A stretch of DNA of 64,000 bases from Calditrichia bacterium (GTDB taxonomy: Bacteria; Calditrichota; Calditrichia; JAJRVZ01), in NCBI GenBank assembly GCA_963796965.1, contig CAWCNS010000004.1:384001-448000 (forward strand), read 5' to 3'. This document shows positions 11,201-21,257 of this stretch, piece after piece. How positions within the stretch are numbered: the stretch's first letter is position 1; every line of letters begins with the position of its first letter. The position numbers and the translations under genes were made by a program. The notes under the pieces are model-generated. The model was given only the letters and a program-made list of their open reading frames with translations, was not told the DNA's origin and ran no database searches.

Positions 11201-11750
11201 TCTTTCCGGTTTAGCCAAATCAGCAAAAATTTGGATAGACGGAAAATCCGTAATTTTAGATAAGAATAAACTTAATGTGTCTGATGGTTCAAAAGTTATG
11301 GTGGTAAAAATTTACGGAAATGAAAGTGGTTTAACACAACCTGCAGAATTCCATTGCCAGTCAGCTGGTTTAACCCGACCTGGTTCCTGGTTGAAACTTG
11401 GATTGCGGAATTTTACCGGGTTTGCAGAGTATGAAACTCAAGTTAATTTGCAGGAACTTACGTCTCATGTATTTCTGGATCTTGGCAAAGTTCTTCATAT
11501 GGCTGAAGTATGGGTCAATGACAAAAAAGTAGGCGAGCGTTTATGGCCGCCATTTAAGTTCGATTTGAGTAAAGTCGTTAAGAAAGGAAATAATAAGATT
11601 CGGGTTCGTATTGGAAATTTGATGGTCAATTCAATGGGGATCAAAGATGATCTGGGCACCTTACGTCATTGGGGCTGGGATGGTGTTCCCGATGACACAT
11701 CCTTTGATGCGGGGTTGTTTGGTCCGGTTAAGATTATTCTCACAAATTGA
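8229..11750 (+). CDS. Large secreted glycoside hydrolase, GH106 (alpha-L-rhamnosidase)-like, with beta-sandwich domains
   Basis: Signal peptide. PHTFWFW, YCDEYWWPSGQAAG, GVFVDNE and FMSE. C-terminal FLDLGKV..MAEVWVN..LWPPF..AGLFGPV. Confidence 0.7.
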   Translation: MIPYSRILILVILINVLFFVSSNSAAEWQKKYNYIQVREKFNQPPLFYAPHTFWFWDAPLDKSLTASMAREMAAKRLNPGYAHPRHSGDQHKPYPTLPVDQWLSPLWFESFGTALSEAQTVGMTLGYCDEYWWPSGQAAGRVLKKNPELAAQSLEWNKQIVSGPDQLELPASKFTVAGQLSEKGRINASTLRIIGEDQAFKWNIPDGKWVVYSYNTYYHPGVDGGEVNYLDNRLMDTFIPIAHESYEKHFKDQMGNTIPGVFVDNEGDFGWQMAWSEFLAKRYMEMKDRDIRLWLPLLTEEDDEGLWAKARYDWFDVVSDVYSKQYLGRLSDWLSDRDMYCISNLWEEDLMLQTRAVGDFMRAQRTVTMPGNDCLQMKSQQVHDFKETQSVCEFEDKPFMSELMGVAGWEQTPVQMKMTLNSVTAFGITHNVPHGINLNRILETIPYPADWYTENPYWHYMHLWTDFARRASFVNRQGKLVADILLINPLESVWALSEGYFTGVDGNQWPEKAKEINEVYSIAMDSLTARRLDFLIADRHYMNKARVVKTSTQQKASLNIADHDFSVIVLSPMIILSRSTSEKILKFARAGGSVFILGSLPEGSPETGAKDQQIVKDMEDLVKLPSVINLADTRNNHKLLADRIESAIEKQVEIISGTLPLTIAHRKIDNKNFYWLVNNTDRNEKMRLSFRDGSGGVEIWDCEKGEIRAVVSKSQKNRTVVDLQIDPYQAFWLVIDSDKPVVKIGDQSRPAVKELVLTEPWQFSFPETQVIETTSARTLITTDTNHVSAYLDTDYNDSEWRWLNITGPVRIADTWRASLLHNPKPESDRYYRYKFVLKEKPDGALININADNEVWFWVNEQAVKPGPNSSNLTDADLHDIGSILKKGENIIAVKTSNRPGYGSMIFQGTVQLADGSTFDILSGIDWKESTEEASGWQKFDFDDTRWGKAITADLKMQERDLHSMREPVMVSFTKSVAWWRMNLPPGTKEVGLSGLAKSAKIWIDGKSVILDKNKLNVSDGSKVMVVKIYGNESGLTQPAEFHCQSAGLTRPGSWLKLGLRNFTGFAEYETQVNLQELTSHVFLDLGKVLHMAEVWVNDKKVGERLWPPFKFDLSKVVKKGNNKIRVRIGNLMVNSMGIKDDLGTLRHWGWDGVPDDTSFDAGLFGPVKIILTN

Positions 11751-11790
11751 GGTAAATTTATAGAGTCGTGGTTTTACAAGATTTTTTTTC

Positions 11791-12047
11791 TCACGCCAAG
11801 ACGCCAAGACGCAGTTCAATAAGACCAAAGAAATAAGAAAAAAGACTAAAAATGAAGAATCCATAATAGTTATAATTTATCAAATTCATATTACTGTCAT
11901 TCCGTCCCGGAAATGGATCGCGTCTCGGGATAGGAATCTTATTATCTACAGAATCATATGCAGCAAAAAGGAAGATCCTTTCAGGAGGACATTCCAGTAA
12001 AAAATATTTAATTCGTGAAATTCGAAATAATTTGTGGAATTCGTGGT
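11791..12047. repeat. Mosaic spacer: CGCCAAGA-periodic arm, CGTC-type palindrome (11896-11940), ATTCGTG-periodic arm (12010-12047)
   Basis: tcacgccaagacgccaagacgcag; gtcattccgtcccggaaatggatcgcgtctcgggataggaatctt, with a reverse-complement copy at 53241-53285; attcgtgaaattcgaaataatttgtggaattcgtgg. Confidence 0.75.
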
Positions 12048-12070
12048 TAAAAATTGGGAGAAAATTATTA

Positions 12071-15000
12071 ATGAAAAATTTATTTAATGGTACGATCTCT
12101 ATTTTAGTTCTGTTAAGTGTTTTTATGATAACCTTAGGTTCTTTTTTCTGTACCGGAAGGACAGGAATAGAGGTTGTTGATCTTAAGATAGAATATAAAT
12201 CCAATCCAGTGGGGATTGATACAAAACAACCACGATTTAGTTGGGCGCTTCAGTCAGAGGAACGTGGGGAAAAACAAACCGCCTATCAAATTCTTGTTGC
12301 CGGTAGTAAAGAACAATTAGAAGAGGATACGGGAGATTTATGGGATTCAGGCAAAATAGATTCGGAGCAATCTACCCATATTTCCTACAAAGGTCAGACT
12401 CTGAAAAGTAATCAAAGGTATTTTCTTAAAGTACGGGTCTGGGGAAAAAATAAAAAACCTGTTCCCTTTAGTCAAATGGCATCATTTACAACAGGTTTGA
12501 TAAATCCAAAGGAATGGCAGGCAAAATGGATCGGTAAAGGGGGAATCATGGATCCGCCTGCAGATCCTGGATTTTATTATTCTCAAAAAGAAACAGATGA
12601 TAAGGGAAACAAATTAAAACACAATCCCCGATCTGTTCTACTTAGAAAAACATTTACAGTCGCTAAAAAAGTTAAACAAGCCCTCTTACACGTAAGTGGA
12701 CTTGGGTTATATGAACTATCACTCAATGGATCAAGGATTGGTGAAAGTCTCCTAACACCTGCCAAAACTTTCTATAAGAAAATTGTCCTATTCGACACCT
12801 ATGATGTTACATCTGCTTTGCAGGAGAAGGAAAATGCTATCGGTATTATGCTTGGCAATGGCTGGTTTAATCCGTTACCAAAATGGTGGAGCTGGCGGAT
12901 GCAATGGTATGGTCCGAAAAGAGCGATTATGCAGTTACATATTGTCTATATGGATGGTTCAGAAGAAGTTGTTTTGACAGATGAAACGTGGAAATTAAAT
13001 GACGGTCCGATTCTGAGTAGTTGTATTTATGATGGAGAGATTTATGATGCCAACCAGGAAATTCCTGGTTGGGATCAGACCGGATTTAATGATGCGGAGT
13101 GGGATGCGGCGAGCATTCTGCCTTCTCCCGGTGGCAAATTGGCTGCTCAGGTTTTACCTCCCATTAAAAAAACAGAATTAATCAAGCCTCAAAAAGTGAC
13201 CAAACACGAAGATGGAAATTATGTGGTTGATCTGGGGCAGAATATATCCGGCTGGCTGCGTGTTAAAATCTCTGGCGTGAAAGGAACTACGATTAAATTC
13301 AATTATGCAGAGAATATAAAAAAGAATGGCAGAATTGATCCTAAAAGTAACAACCTGGCTTCGCCAATAGATACTTATATTGTGGGTGGAAAAGAAAATG
13401 AAACCTATGAACCACGGTTTACCTACCATGGTTTTCGCTATGTGGCGATTAGTGGTATTGTTAATGATTTAAATCCCGATGATATTACTGGGGTTGTTGT
13501 CCATTCTGCTGTGGAACCAGTTGGTACATTTGCCTGTAGTAATGATGATCTGAATCGTATCCATAAGGTCACATTATGGTCACAGAGAGCTAATTTGATG
13601 GGTTTGCCTACGGATTGTCCTCAACGGGATGAACGTCTTGGCTGGTTGGGAGATGCTCATGTTACGGCGGAAGAGGCGATGTTTAATTTTGATATGGCCC
13701 TGTTTTATGAGAAATGGCTGAAATGATATCCAATCAACACAGAGTGATCTGAACGGTGATATCCCCTACATTTCACCCCGACCTTTTACTGATGGAAAGG
13801 GCACACCAGCCTGGAGCAGTGCGTATCATTTAATTGTATGGTATATGTATCTATATTATGGAGATAGGAGTATCTTGGATGATCATTATGAATCAATGCG
13901 TCACTATGTTAATTATTTAACCTCCACCGCTGATAACTACATTCTCCCATCAGATAATTATGGTGACTGGCTCAGCGCCAATCGGAATTGGAAGCGGGGA
14001 GGTCCCTTATCTGTAGCGACCGGCTATTATTATTATGTAACGCGTATTGTTTCTGAAACGGCAAAAATTTTGGAACAGAATGAGGACCATGTAAAATATG
14101 TTCAACTGAGTGAAAAGATAAAAGACGCTTACAATAAAAAGTTTTACGGCTATGATAAACAGCAATATGAAGAGGGTAGCCAGTTCTCAAATAGTTTCCC
14201 ACTATTTCTTGGTATTGCCACCGATTTTTTAGGGAAGGCTGCTTTGGGAGGTCTGGTTGTTGATATAATAGAAAATAAAGGTCATCTAAATACAGGGATT
14301 TTAGGGACAAAATACATGCTTGAAGCGCTCTCCAGGGAAGATCATAGTAAAATGGCATACCTGATGGTGACACAGCCTGATTATCCTGGTTGGATAAATT
14401 TAATTCAGGGCAGAACCACCTTCTCTGAGCATTGGAATCAAACGGGATCCAATAACCATGTCATGTTTGGTAGTGTGGATAGCTGGTTTTACAAGGTCCT
14501 GGCTGGAATTAGCATTGATGAGGAAATGCCAGGCTTTGAAAATGTTATCATAGCACCATACATCGCCTCTGAAATGGATTGGGTAAAAGCACATGTTAAG
14601 ACTATTCGGGGTCAGGTAGGTGTTGAGTGGCAAAAAGAGGATGATGATTTAAAATTGAGTATTCAAATTCCGGTCAATTCGACCGCAACGGTTTACATCT
14701 TAGCCAATGGACCTGAGCATGTTGCCGAAGAAAGCGATCCGGCCTCAACCTCAGTAGGAGTAACCTATATAAGGACAGATGGAAAATATGCTGTATATCA
14801 GGTTGAATCAGGTCGATATGAATTTAGGTCTAGAAATATTGGTTCCTTGATTGATGCACCTTATGCATCAAAACCCGTGATAAACCCAGCCGACACGTCG
14901 GTTTTTAAACCGGAATCGCTTTTAGTACATCTTTCTACGGAAACAGAAGGCGCAGAGATACGATATACGTTAGATAAATCTAAACCCTCAGAGAAATCGG

Positions 15001-15545
15001 CCTTATATACAAAACCTATTTTATTGCAAAACTCTCAAACAGTTAATGCACGTAGCTTCAAGAAAGGATACCACCCAAGTTTTAATCAATCCGTAGATAT
15101 TTCCTTTGTTGATCCTGAACAAAACGGATTACATTATCGATTTTATGAAGGGGCCTGGACAAAATTGCCAAAGTTTTCCACACTTTCTCCCACCCGACAG
15201 GGAATTATATATCGTATTAGTCTTGATAACCTCAATGTACCCAAATATGATTTTGGATTTGAAGTTGAGGGATTTATCCAGATTGATGAAGAGGGAGAAT
15301 ATACTTTTTATACGCAATCAAATGATGGAAGCCGGCTATATGTTGATAACAAAAGGATCGTCGACAATGATCTTGAACATTTGATTGAAGAGAAGTCGGG
15401 CTCAATCCATTTAAACGCAGGAAGACATCCTTTTAAAGTTACCTATTTTCAGAGTGGAGGGGGGATCGGTTTGGAGGTTTTATATGAGGGGCCGGGGATT
15501 GAGAAACAGACCATCCCGCCTGAGCAGTTATTTCAGAATAAATGA
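12071..15545 (+). CDS. GH78 alpha-L-rhamnosidase with C-terminal FN3-associated and PA14 domains; one frameshift at ~13721
   Basis: NPVGID..PRFSW, PRFTYHGFRY, PTDCPQRDERLGWLGD, YGDW, TGILG and SNNHVMFG. Removing one A at ~13721 restores WLNDIQSTQ... Confidence 0.9.
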
Positions 15546-15617
15546 TAAATAAATATTATTTAGCAGGAATGATAAACGAGGATTAATCTTGTCGTAGAGG
15601 AGTATCTTTCTTCTATT

Positions 15618-15740
15618 AGGGGTTGTTGCGGTATCGGTTTAAATTGCACAATTTTTGGTTGAGCAAGGACCTGTTTTCCCCTTGGAAAAGGGGGACTAAG
15701 CCCGTTCTACGGGACTAACCCCCTTTCTTAAGGGGGGATT
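15618..15740. repeat. Non-coding member of the DUF559-TIR repeat family
   Basis: 15618-15700 aligns with 47159-47240. It ends ctaaccccctttcttaaggggggat, as at 47281-47305. The centre is replaced by the hairpin cccgttctacggg. Confidence 0.8.
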
Positions 15741-15833
15741 AAATTGCAGTTAGTGGTTAATTATACTTAAATCTCAGAGATTTGATTTTTTGACAAATCA
15801 TGGTCATTTACAATATCCAAACATGGAGGTGCA

Positions 15834-17816
15834 ATGAGGCATAGTATTACTCTGTTAGTAGTATTTGTGTTATTTTTTTCAGTAAATTCTATTCTTCTCG
15901 CAGATGGATCTCATCAAACAACCTTCTATGTTTCCAAGTTAGGCCATAATACGGACGGCTCATCATGGGTAAATGCATTTAACACAATTCAGGCGGCCCT
16001 CGATGCAATTCCGGATGCTCGTGGTGGATATAAGATTATCATTCGCCCGGATACCTATTTTGAAGCCATGCTTTATCCCAATAACAGGGGTGCGGCGGGT
16101 TCGTATAATCTGCTCATTGGTGATGTGGATGGCAGTTTGGGTTCGGGTTCAACCGGTTGGGTGGTGATTGATTCCGGAGATCCGGATCAGAAAGGTTTTA
16201 AAAGTTATGATTGGTGGGGACCCATTCGCAGCAATTCACAGGGATGGTCCAAAGCGCATACGGACTCCACTTTTTCTGCCATTGGTTGGGATCGCTGGCA
16301 TCTGAAAAATCTTTATGTTACCGGGGGGGATGCCGGTATCTTTTTCGATCTGACAAATCAGGTAAAACCTTTTTCGGTTATCGTGGAAGATTGTATCAGC
16401 ATTGGACGGGCATTTGGAGGGGGAGTGGCCAGCTGTCTGTCACGCCCGTCAGAGCCAATCACATTCAGGCGATGTTCATTGTGGGCACTTGACTGGTGGG
16501 GTGATACGGCAGGTGCCTATGTCAGGGTAGAAAATGAAACTATGCCAGACTCTGCAGATGTGGTTTTTGAAAATTGTACCATGGTTAGTCCCCAATGCGC
16601 CCTAAAAGGAAGTAATTTTGGCTTCCACACTTTCACACGGGTAAAACTAGATCGCTGTAAATTGATAACGCTCAACTTTTCGCAGCCGCATGGGACCCCT
16701 ACAGATGGTATTATTCAGAGTGTGCAGGAAGGAAAATTATTGGCGGTCGATTTGGAAAATTGTACCTTGATGGGCTATAAAGTCTTTGGTGTGGTCGTAA
16801 ATAAAGAAACGGTTGGGGATATACACTATACGACCAAAGGAGATGTTAAGGCGTATATTCAATTTCAACAAGAGATCCCAACGGGATTCCATCGTTTGTC
16901 GTACTGGCCAACGGAGGTGTTCCAGGAACTTATTCCCCCATCACCACAACAGCCCTCAAAATTCGTTGATAAAGAGTTGATTCGAAATGATTTATGTGAA
17001 GTTTCTCCCTTCATTTGGAAGGGGAGGTTATGTATCATGGAATGCATACGCCCGGGTAGCGGAGGTGCAAAAGATGATTATTATATGCTCCTAAAGGACT
17101 ATGAAACTGGCAAAGAGTTGGCACGTTGTGCGACAGGCTATGGGCTTGCGTCAATCATTGTCTATAATCGGGAGGTTCATATTTTTGCATCTCGTTGGGA
17201 GGATGGTCAATGGCGGGATGTAACCCATTTCAAATCCGTTGATCTAAAAGAATGGGAATCTCAAAAAGCAATTGAAGGCGAAAATGAAGGCATTTTTAAT
17301 TCTTCGGTTTGCCATGATGAAAATGGATTTGTATTAAGTTATGAATCAAGTGATAAAACCTATCCGGCTTTTACTATTAAATTTGCCAGGTCACCTGACC
17401 TGGAGAAATGGGAAAAAGTACCAACCGCTGTATTTGGAACAAACCGCTATACCGCCTGCCCAACACTCCACTTTGATAAGGGGTGGCATTATATGCTTTA
17501 TCTGGAGAGACGGGCGCCACGCTGGGTATTTGAAACGTATATCACACGATCAAAAGATTTAATCAGTTGGGAGACAAGCGCCGCTAATCCCGTGTTGTCT
17601 GCCACTGGTCTGGATGAGGGGATCAATGCATCTGATCCGGAAATAATTGAATTTGACGGCAGTACGTATGTCTTTTATGCTGTTGGTGATCAGCGCACCT
17701 GGATGAATGTGAAGCGTGCCCGGTATACCGGAAACATATCCGAATTTTTTGAATCATGGTATAAACAACCGGGAATACCAGATGTTGGTGGATTAAGTAT
17801 TTCTACAGATAATTAA
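15834..17816 (+). CDS. Secreted hypothetical protein: N-terminal beta-helix-like region + C-terminal five-bladed-propeller-like glycosidase domain
   Basis: GGAGG RBS and signal peptide. FYVS..G.NTDGSSW..AF.TIQAAL is a typical beta-helix start. C-terminal S.DL..W repeats, NPVL and INASDPE. Confidence 0.55.
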   Translation: MRHSITLLVVFVLFFSVNSILLADGSHQTTFYVSKLGHNTDGSSWVNAFNTIQAALDAIPDARGGYKIIIRPDTYFEAMLYPNNRGAAGSYNLLIGDVDGSLGSGSTGWVVIDSGDPDQKGFKSYDWWGPIRSNSQGWSKAHTDSTFSAIGWDRWHLKNLYVTGGDAGIFFDLTNQVKPFSVIVEDCISIGRAFGGGVASCLSRPSEPITFRRCSLWALDWWGDTAGAYVRVENETMPDSADVVFENCTMVSPQCALKGSNFGFHTFTRVKLDRCKLITLNFSQPHGTPTDGIIQSVQEGKLLAVDLENCTLMGYKVFGVVVNKETVGDIHYTTKGDVKAYIQFQQEIPTGFHRLSYWPTEVFQELIPPSPQQPSKFVDKELIRNDLCEVSPFIWKGRLCIMECIRPGSGGAKDDYYMLLKDYETGKELARCATGYGLASIIVYNREVHIFASRWEDGQWRDVTHFKSVDLKEWESQKAIEGENEGIFNSSVCHDENGFVLSYESSDKTYPAFTIKFARSPDLEKWEKVPTAVFGTNRYTACPTLHFDKGWHYMLYLERRAPRWVFETYITRSKDLISWETSAANPVLSATGLDEGINASDPEIIEFDGSTYVFYAVGDQRTWMNVKRARYTGNISEFFESWYKQPGIPDVGGLSISTDN

Positions 17817-17827
17817 CGGCTTTCTTC

Positions 17828-18103
17828 TACCACAAAGGACACAAAGAAGGCACAGAGTGCACAGAGAAAAGATTATCTTGATTTTATAATTTTGATATCC
17901 AAAATATTTGATCAAATGGTAATTGAGACCAAGTAAGATCTGAATCCCAAAAATTTTTTCTTTGCGGATTCTGCGTCTCTGCGTGAGAAAATATATAACT
18001 ATTTACCTCAAATGGTGAAATAAGAAATGGATTAGAATATATGAATGACCTCCCCCTTTCATCCCCCTCCTTACTAAGGAGGGGGAACGAGGGGGTGGTG
18101 ATT
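17828..18103. repeat. Mosaic spacer: CACAAAG/CACAGAG arm (17828-17870), CTTTGCG arm (17959-17987), C/G-tract hairpin (18042-18103)
   Basis: The first and last modules recur in reverse complement at 35617-35659 and 35547-35607. Confidence 0.8.
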
Positions 18104-18149
18104 TAAATATCCTAAATTATCCTGGTGCTATATCTTTTCCGAGGAAAAA

Positions 18150-21107
18150 ATGAATAATCTCTCAAAAAGTATTTACATCTTAATCTTCACCCTCATGCAA
18201 TTGTCGATGGTAAATGGACAACATACCATCTGTGAAGTTACAAAAAGGGAAATGGCTTCAATCATGGTTGTTATGCGGCCCTTTCCCAATACCCTTGCAG
18301 AAGGCGTAACGGAATATCGCCATGATAAAACCACTCTCGGATTTTATATTGATCATTTAAAAGTGATAGGTGGTGAAAGTAAAGTACAACCGAAAGATGG
18401 TCTGGCGTTTATAACAGATAAAGGTCAAAACTTTACCTGGAAATTGTACAACGCACCCAATGACTATATTGATCTGATTTCTATCTATAAAGAGAACCAG
18501 CGTGTGGTTGCCTACGCGGCATCTGAGATTATTTCTGATAGTGATCAGGAGGTTGTGCTGACCCTGGGTAGTAATGATGGTATCAGAGCCTGGTTAAATG
18601 GATCTCTTGTCTGGGATCATCATTTGCCACGCGGTGCGGAGAGAGATCATGACTGGGTAAAAGTTGTTTTAAAAAAGGGGAAGAATTTACTTCTATTGAA
18701 AATTGACCAGGGAACAGGTAAATGGGGCTTTTATGCCCGATTCCTTGATTTGGATGAACAAAGACAAGTTATAGATGATCTGCGCCCAAACATGATTGAT
18801 GCCGGGGTTGAGGCAGAAATAAATCAGAATGATATATCTTTGGTGATGGGTCGTCATGCACGATACCTGATTATGGAAGAAGTCCCCGAATATAATGCAT
18901 CTGTGAGAGGTGTCGCAGGTAACATGGATTTAGGCGGCTTCGCTTCTCTCGCGGATACGATTGTCATTGATATACGTAATCTTAAAACCGGACCATACTG
19001 GATCGACTGTTCAACTAACTTGCCAGGTAATCAAAAAATGGCCGAGAGTTTGTTTTTCTATCGTGGTGAGAGCCCACACAAAGTCCGAACATATGATGAA
19101 AATGGAATTTCAAAATCATTTAAAGTTGAGATGCTCGATGAGACCTTTAGTCCGGTCCCTGAGGGGATAAAAAAAGATGCTGCAGGTGTATACAGTATAT
19201 TGCGACCAGACATTGTGCCATTTTATTTACGATTTTTAGTTAAATCATCTTCCCTTGGTTATCGCTGGTTTCTGGCGGACAACAATGGTCAAGGATATAG
19301 GATTCCTGCTGATGATAATTTCTCTATCGATTTACCAAAGGAAGCGGCGAAAACATTACAAAAAAATATGCAATCTTCCTTATCTGGAGAAATACCAACC
19401 TGGATCAAAAAGAATATAAAAATGCGATTGACCCGGAATGACACGGATAGTCCGGCCCGTATTTATAACTTATTGGATCAATTGTCGACCATAAAAAGTC
19501 GAGTAAGTTCAAATAACTCTCTTTCTGTTTGGTATGCTCCGGGAACAGAGAAAGTTTCTCTTACTGAAACCGTACCAAATTCTAGTATGGATACTGTTCA
19601 TCTCTCAGTAGCGAAAAACGAATATGAGCCCTTTCAATTGGTCTTGAAACCAAAACATGATTGTGCGGATTTGAAAATTGAATTCAAATCCCTTGTCTCA
19701 AAGGGTGAGATCTTCGATCTTTCAAATATTAATGTCCTTAATGTGGAATATATTGAGGTAAAAACGACATCGGATCTTTATGGTACAAAAGGGCCCTGGC
19801 CTGATCCACTTCCACCGATACAGGAGCAAATCACAATCGAAAAAGATAAGAATAATCCTTTGTGGATTACCTTTTACGCTTCCAATAAGCAACGAGCTGG
19901 GATTTATAAAGGAGAGATTCATCTTTCATCAAAGGCCTTTTCTAAGATAGTCATTCCGATTCAGGTAGAGGTCTATGATTTCGTTTTGCCTGATGAGCCA
20001 GCCATAGAAACCGCTTATGGTGTCTCTGTGAATAAAAATTATCATGGGCCGGTTACAGATGAACAATATATGGAGATCCATGATCTTTATATGCAGTTTT
20101 GTGCTTCTCATCGGATTTCGCCCTATTCTCCCCATGCCGGCGCAGGTATTGATATTCAATTTGAAGGAAATCCGGCAAAGCCGCGAATCGACTATACAAA
20201 ATTTGATAGAGCCATGGAACGCTATCTGGATGAATTTAAATTTACCTCATTCAGAATAGCTGGAATTCCAAAGAAACTAAACGGATTTGAAATATATTCA
20301 GAGGGATATAATCGTCTGTTCATACAGACATATTCAGAAATTCAGGAACATTTGCGAGAAAAAGGTTGGTTGGATAAAGCTTTTTGGTATTGGGTAGACG
20401 AGCCACCCATCAGCGAATATCCAAATGTGAAAAAGGGAATGGCCCTGTTAAAAGCAGCCTGCCCTGATATGCGTCGTTTGCTGACCTGTAATAATGAAGA
20501 TGCGCCAATCGCCTATTTTTATGATTATGTTAATCTATGGGTTCCGATCATGGATCGATATAATTATGAGAAGGCACGTCCGAGGCAGGAGCTTGGTGAG
20601 GATGTATGGTGGTATGTATGTACGGGACCCAAGGGTCCCTATCCCAATAATTTTACCGATCATCCGGCGATGAATCACCGTGTCCGTTTTTGGATGATTG
20701 ATAAATATGGATTGGATGGCAGTTTATATTGGTCCGTAACTTATTGGAAACAAAACCCCTGGGAGCTGGCGATGAGTTATAATCCGGGAGGGGGCATGTG
20801 GGGAAATGGTGACGGTCGTTTGCTTTATCCACCAAGAAAGTCAGAACCTGACGTTCCTGTGATAGAGGGTCCGGTAACATCTATACGCTTTGAAAATTTA
20901 CGAGATGGGTTGGAGGATATTGAGTATCTACAATTATTGAGAAAGAGTGGTTCAGCAGGAAAACAACTTTTGTCGAAAGCACATAATGACCTGGTTCAAA
21001 CAATGACAGTCTTCGAACAAAACCCGATTATTCTCATGACCATGCGCCATCGGATTGCAAAAGTGATTGAAACTGTTTCCCCCATAGAAGGGGCAGATGC
21101 AAAATAG
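18150..21107 (+). CDS. Secreted GH123-like / DUF4091 glycoside hydrolase with N-terminal jelly-roll domain
   Basis: LGSNDGIRAWLNG..LKKGKN, AKNEYEPFQL, WPDPLPP, WYWVDEP, WWYVC, GDGRLLYP and SIRFENLRDGLEDIEY. Confidence 0.75.
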   Translation: MNNLSKSIYILIFTLMQLSMVNGQHTICEVTKREMASIMVVMRPFPNTLAEGVTEYRHDKTTLGFYIDHLKVIGGESKVQPKDGLAFITDKGQNFTWKLYNAPNDYIDLISIYKENQRVVAYAASEIISDSDQEVVLTLGSNDGIRAWLNGSLVWDHHLPRGAERDHDWVKVVLKKGKNLLLLKIDQGTGKWGFYARFLDLDEQRQVIDDLRPNMIDAGVEAEINQNDISLVMGRHARYLIMEEVPEYNASVRGVAGNMDLGGFASLADTIVIDIRNLKTGPYWIDCSTNLPGNQKMAESLFFYRGESPHKVRTYDENGISKSFKVEMLDETFSPVPEGIKKDAAGVYSILRPDIVPFYLRFLVKSSSLGYRWFLADNNGQGYRIPADDNFSIDLPKEAAKTLQKNMQSSLSGEIPTWIKKNIKMRLTRNDTDSPARIYNLLDQLSTIKSRVSSNNSLSVWYAPGTEKVSLTETVPNSSMDTVHLSVAKNEYEPFQLVLKPKHDCADLKIEFKSLVSKGEIFDLSNINVLNVEYIEVKTTSDLYGTKGPWPDPLPPIQEQITIEKDKNNPLWITFYASNKQRAGIYKGEIHLSSKAFSKIVIPIQVEVYDFVLPDEPAIETAYGVSVNKNYHGPVTDEQYMEIHDLYMQFCASHRISPYSPHAGAGIDIQFEGNPAKPRIDYTKFDRAMERYLDEFKFTSFRIAGIPKKLNGFEIYSEGYNRLFIQTYSEIQEHLREKGWLDKAFWYWVDEPPISEYPNVKKGMALLKAACPDMRRLLTCNNEDAPIAYFYDYVNLWVPIMDRYNYEKARPRQELGEDVWWYVCTGPKGPYPNNFTDHPAMNHRVRFWMIDKYGLDGSLYWSVTYWKQNPWELAMSYNPGGGMWGNGDGRLLYPPRKSEPDVPVIEGPVTSIRFENLRDGLEDIEYLQLLRKSGSAGKQLLSKAHNDLVQTMTVFEQNPIILMTMRHRIAKVIETVSPIEGADAK

Positions 21108-21143
21108 ATAATTTTGACATAAATGTATTGATCTTTTTGAATA

Positions 21144-21175
21144 AGCAAAATCTATTCCCCCTTTGAAGGGGGAAT
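21144..21175. repeat. Solo DUF559-TIR-family hairpin (possible terminator)
   Basis: agcaaaatctattccccctttgaagggggaat. The left part is the reverse complement of the element end at ~61374-61394. Confidence 0.7.
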
Positions 21176-21257
21176 TTGATCTGCGCTATGCAAAATATCA
21201 GAGATCTCTGCGAGAGATAAGTAGGAATAAATTCAGTTAACATAATATGGAAGTAAT

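Noticed and set aside
13715..13730. Programmed ribosomal frameshifting in the split genes
   Set aside because: There is no consistent slippery motif, and the breaks are numerous and irregular, which fits assembly error.
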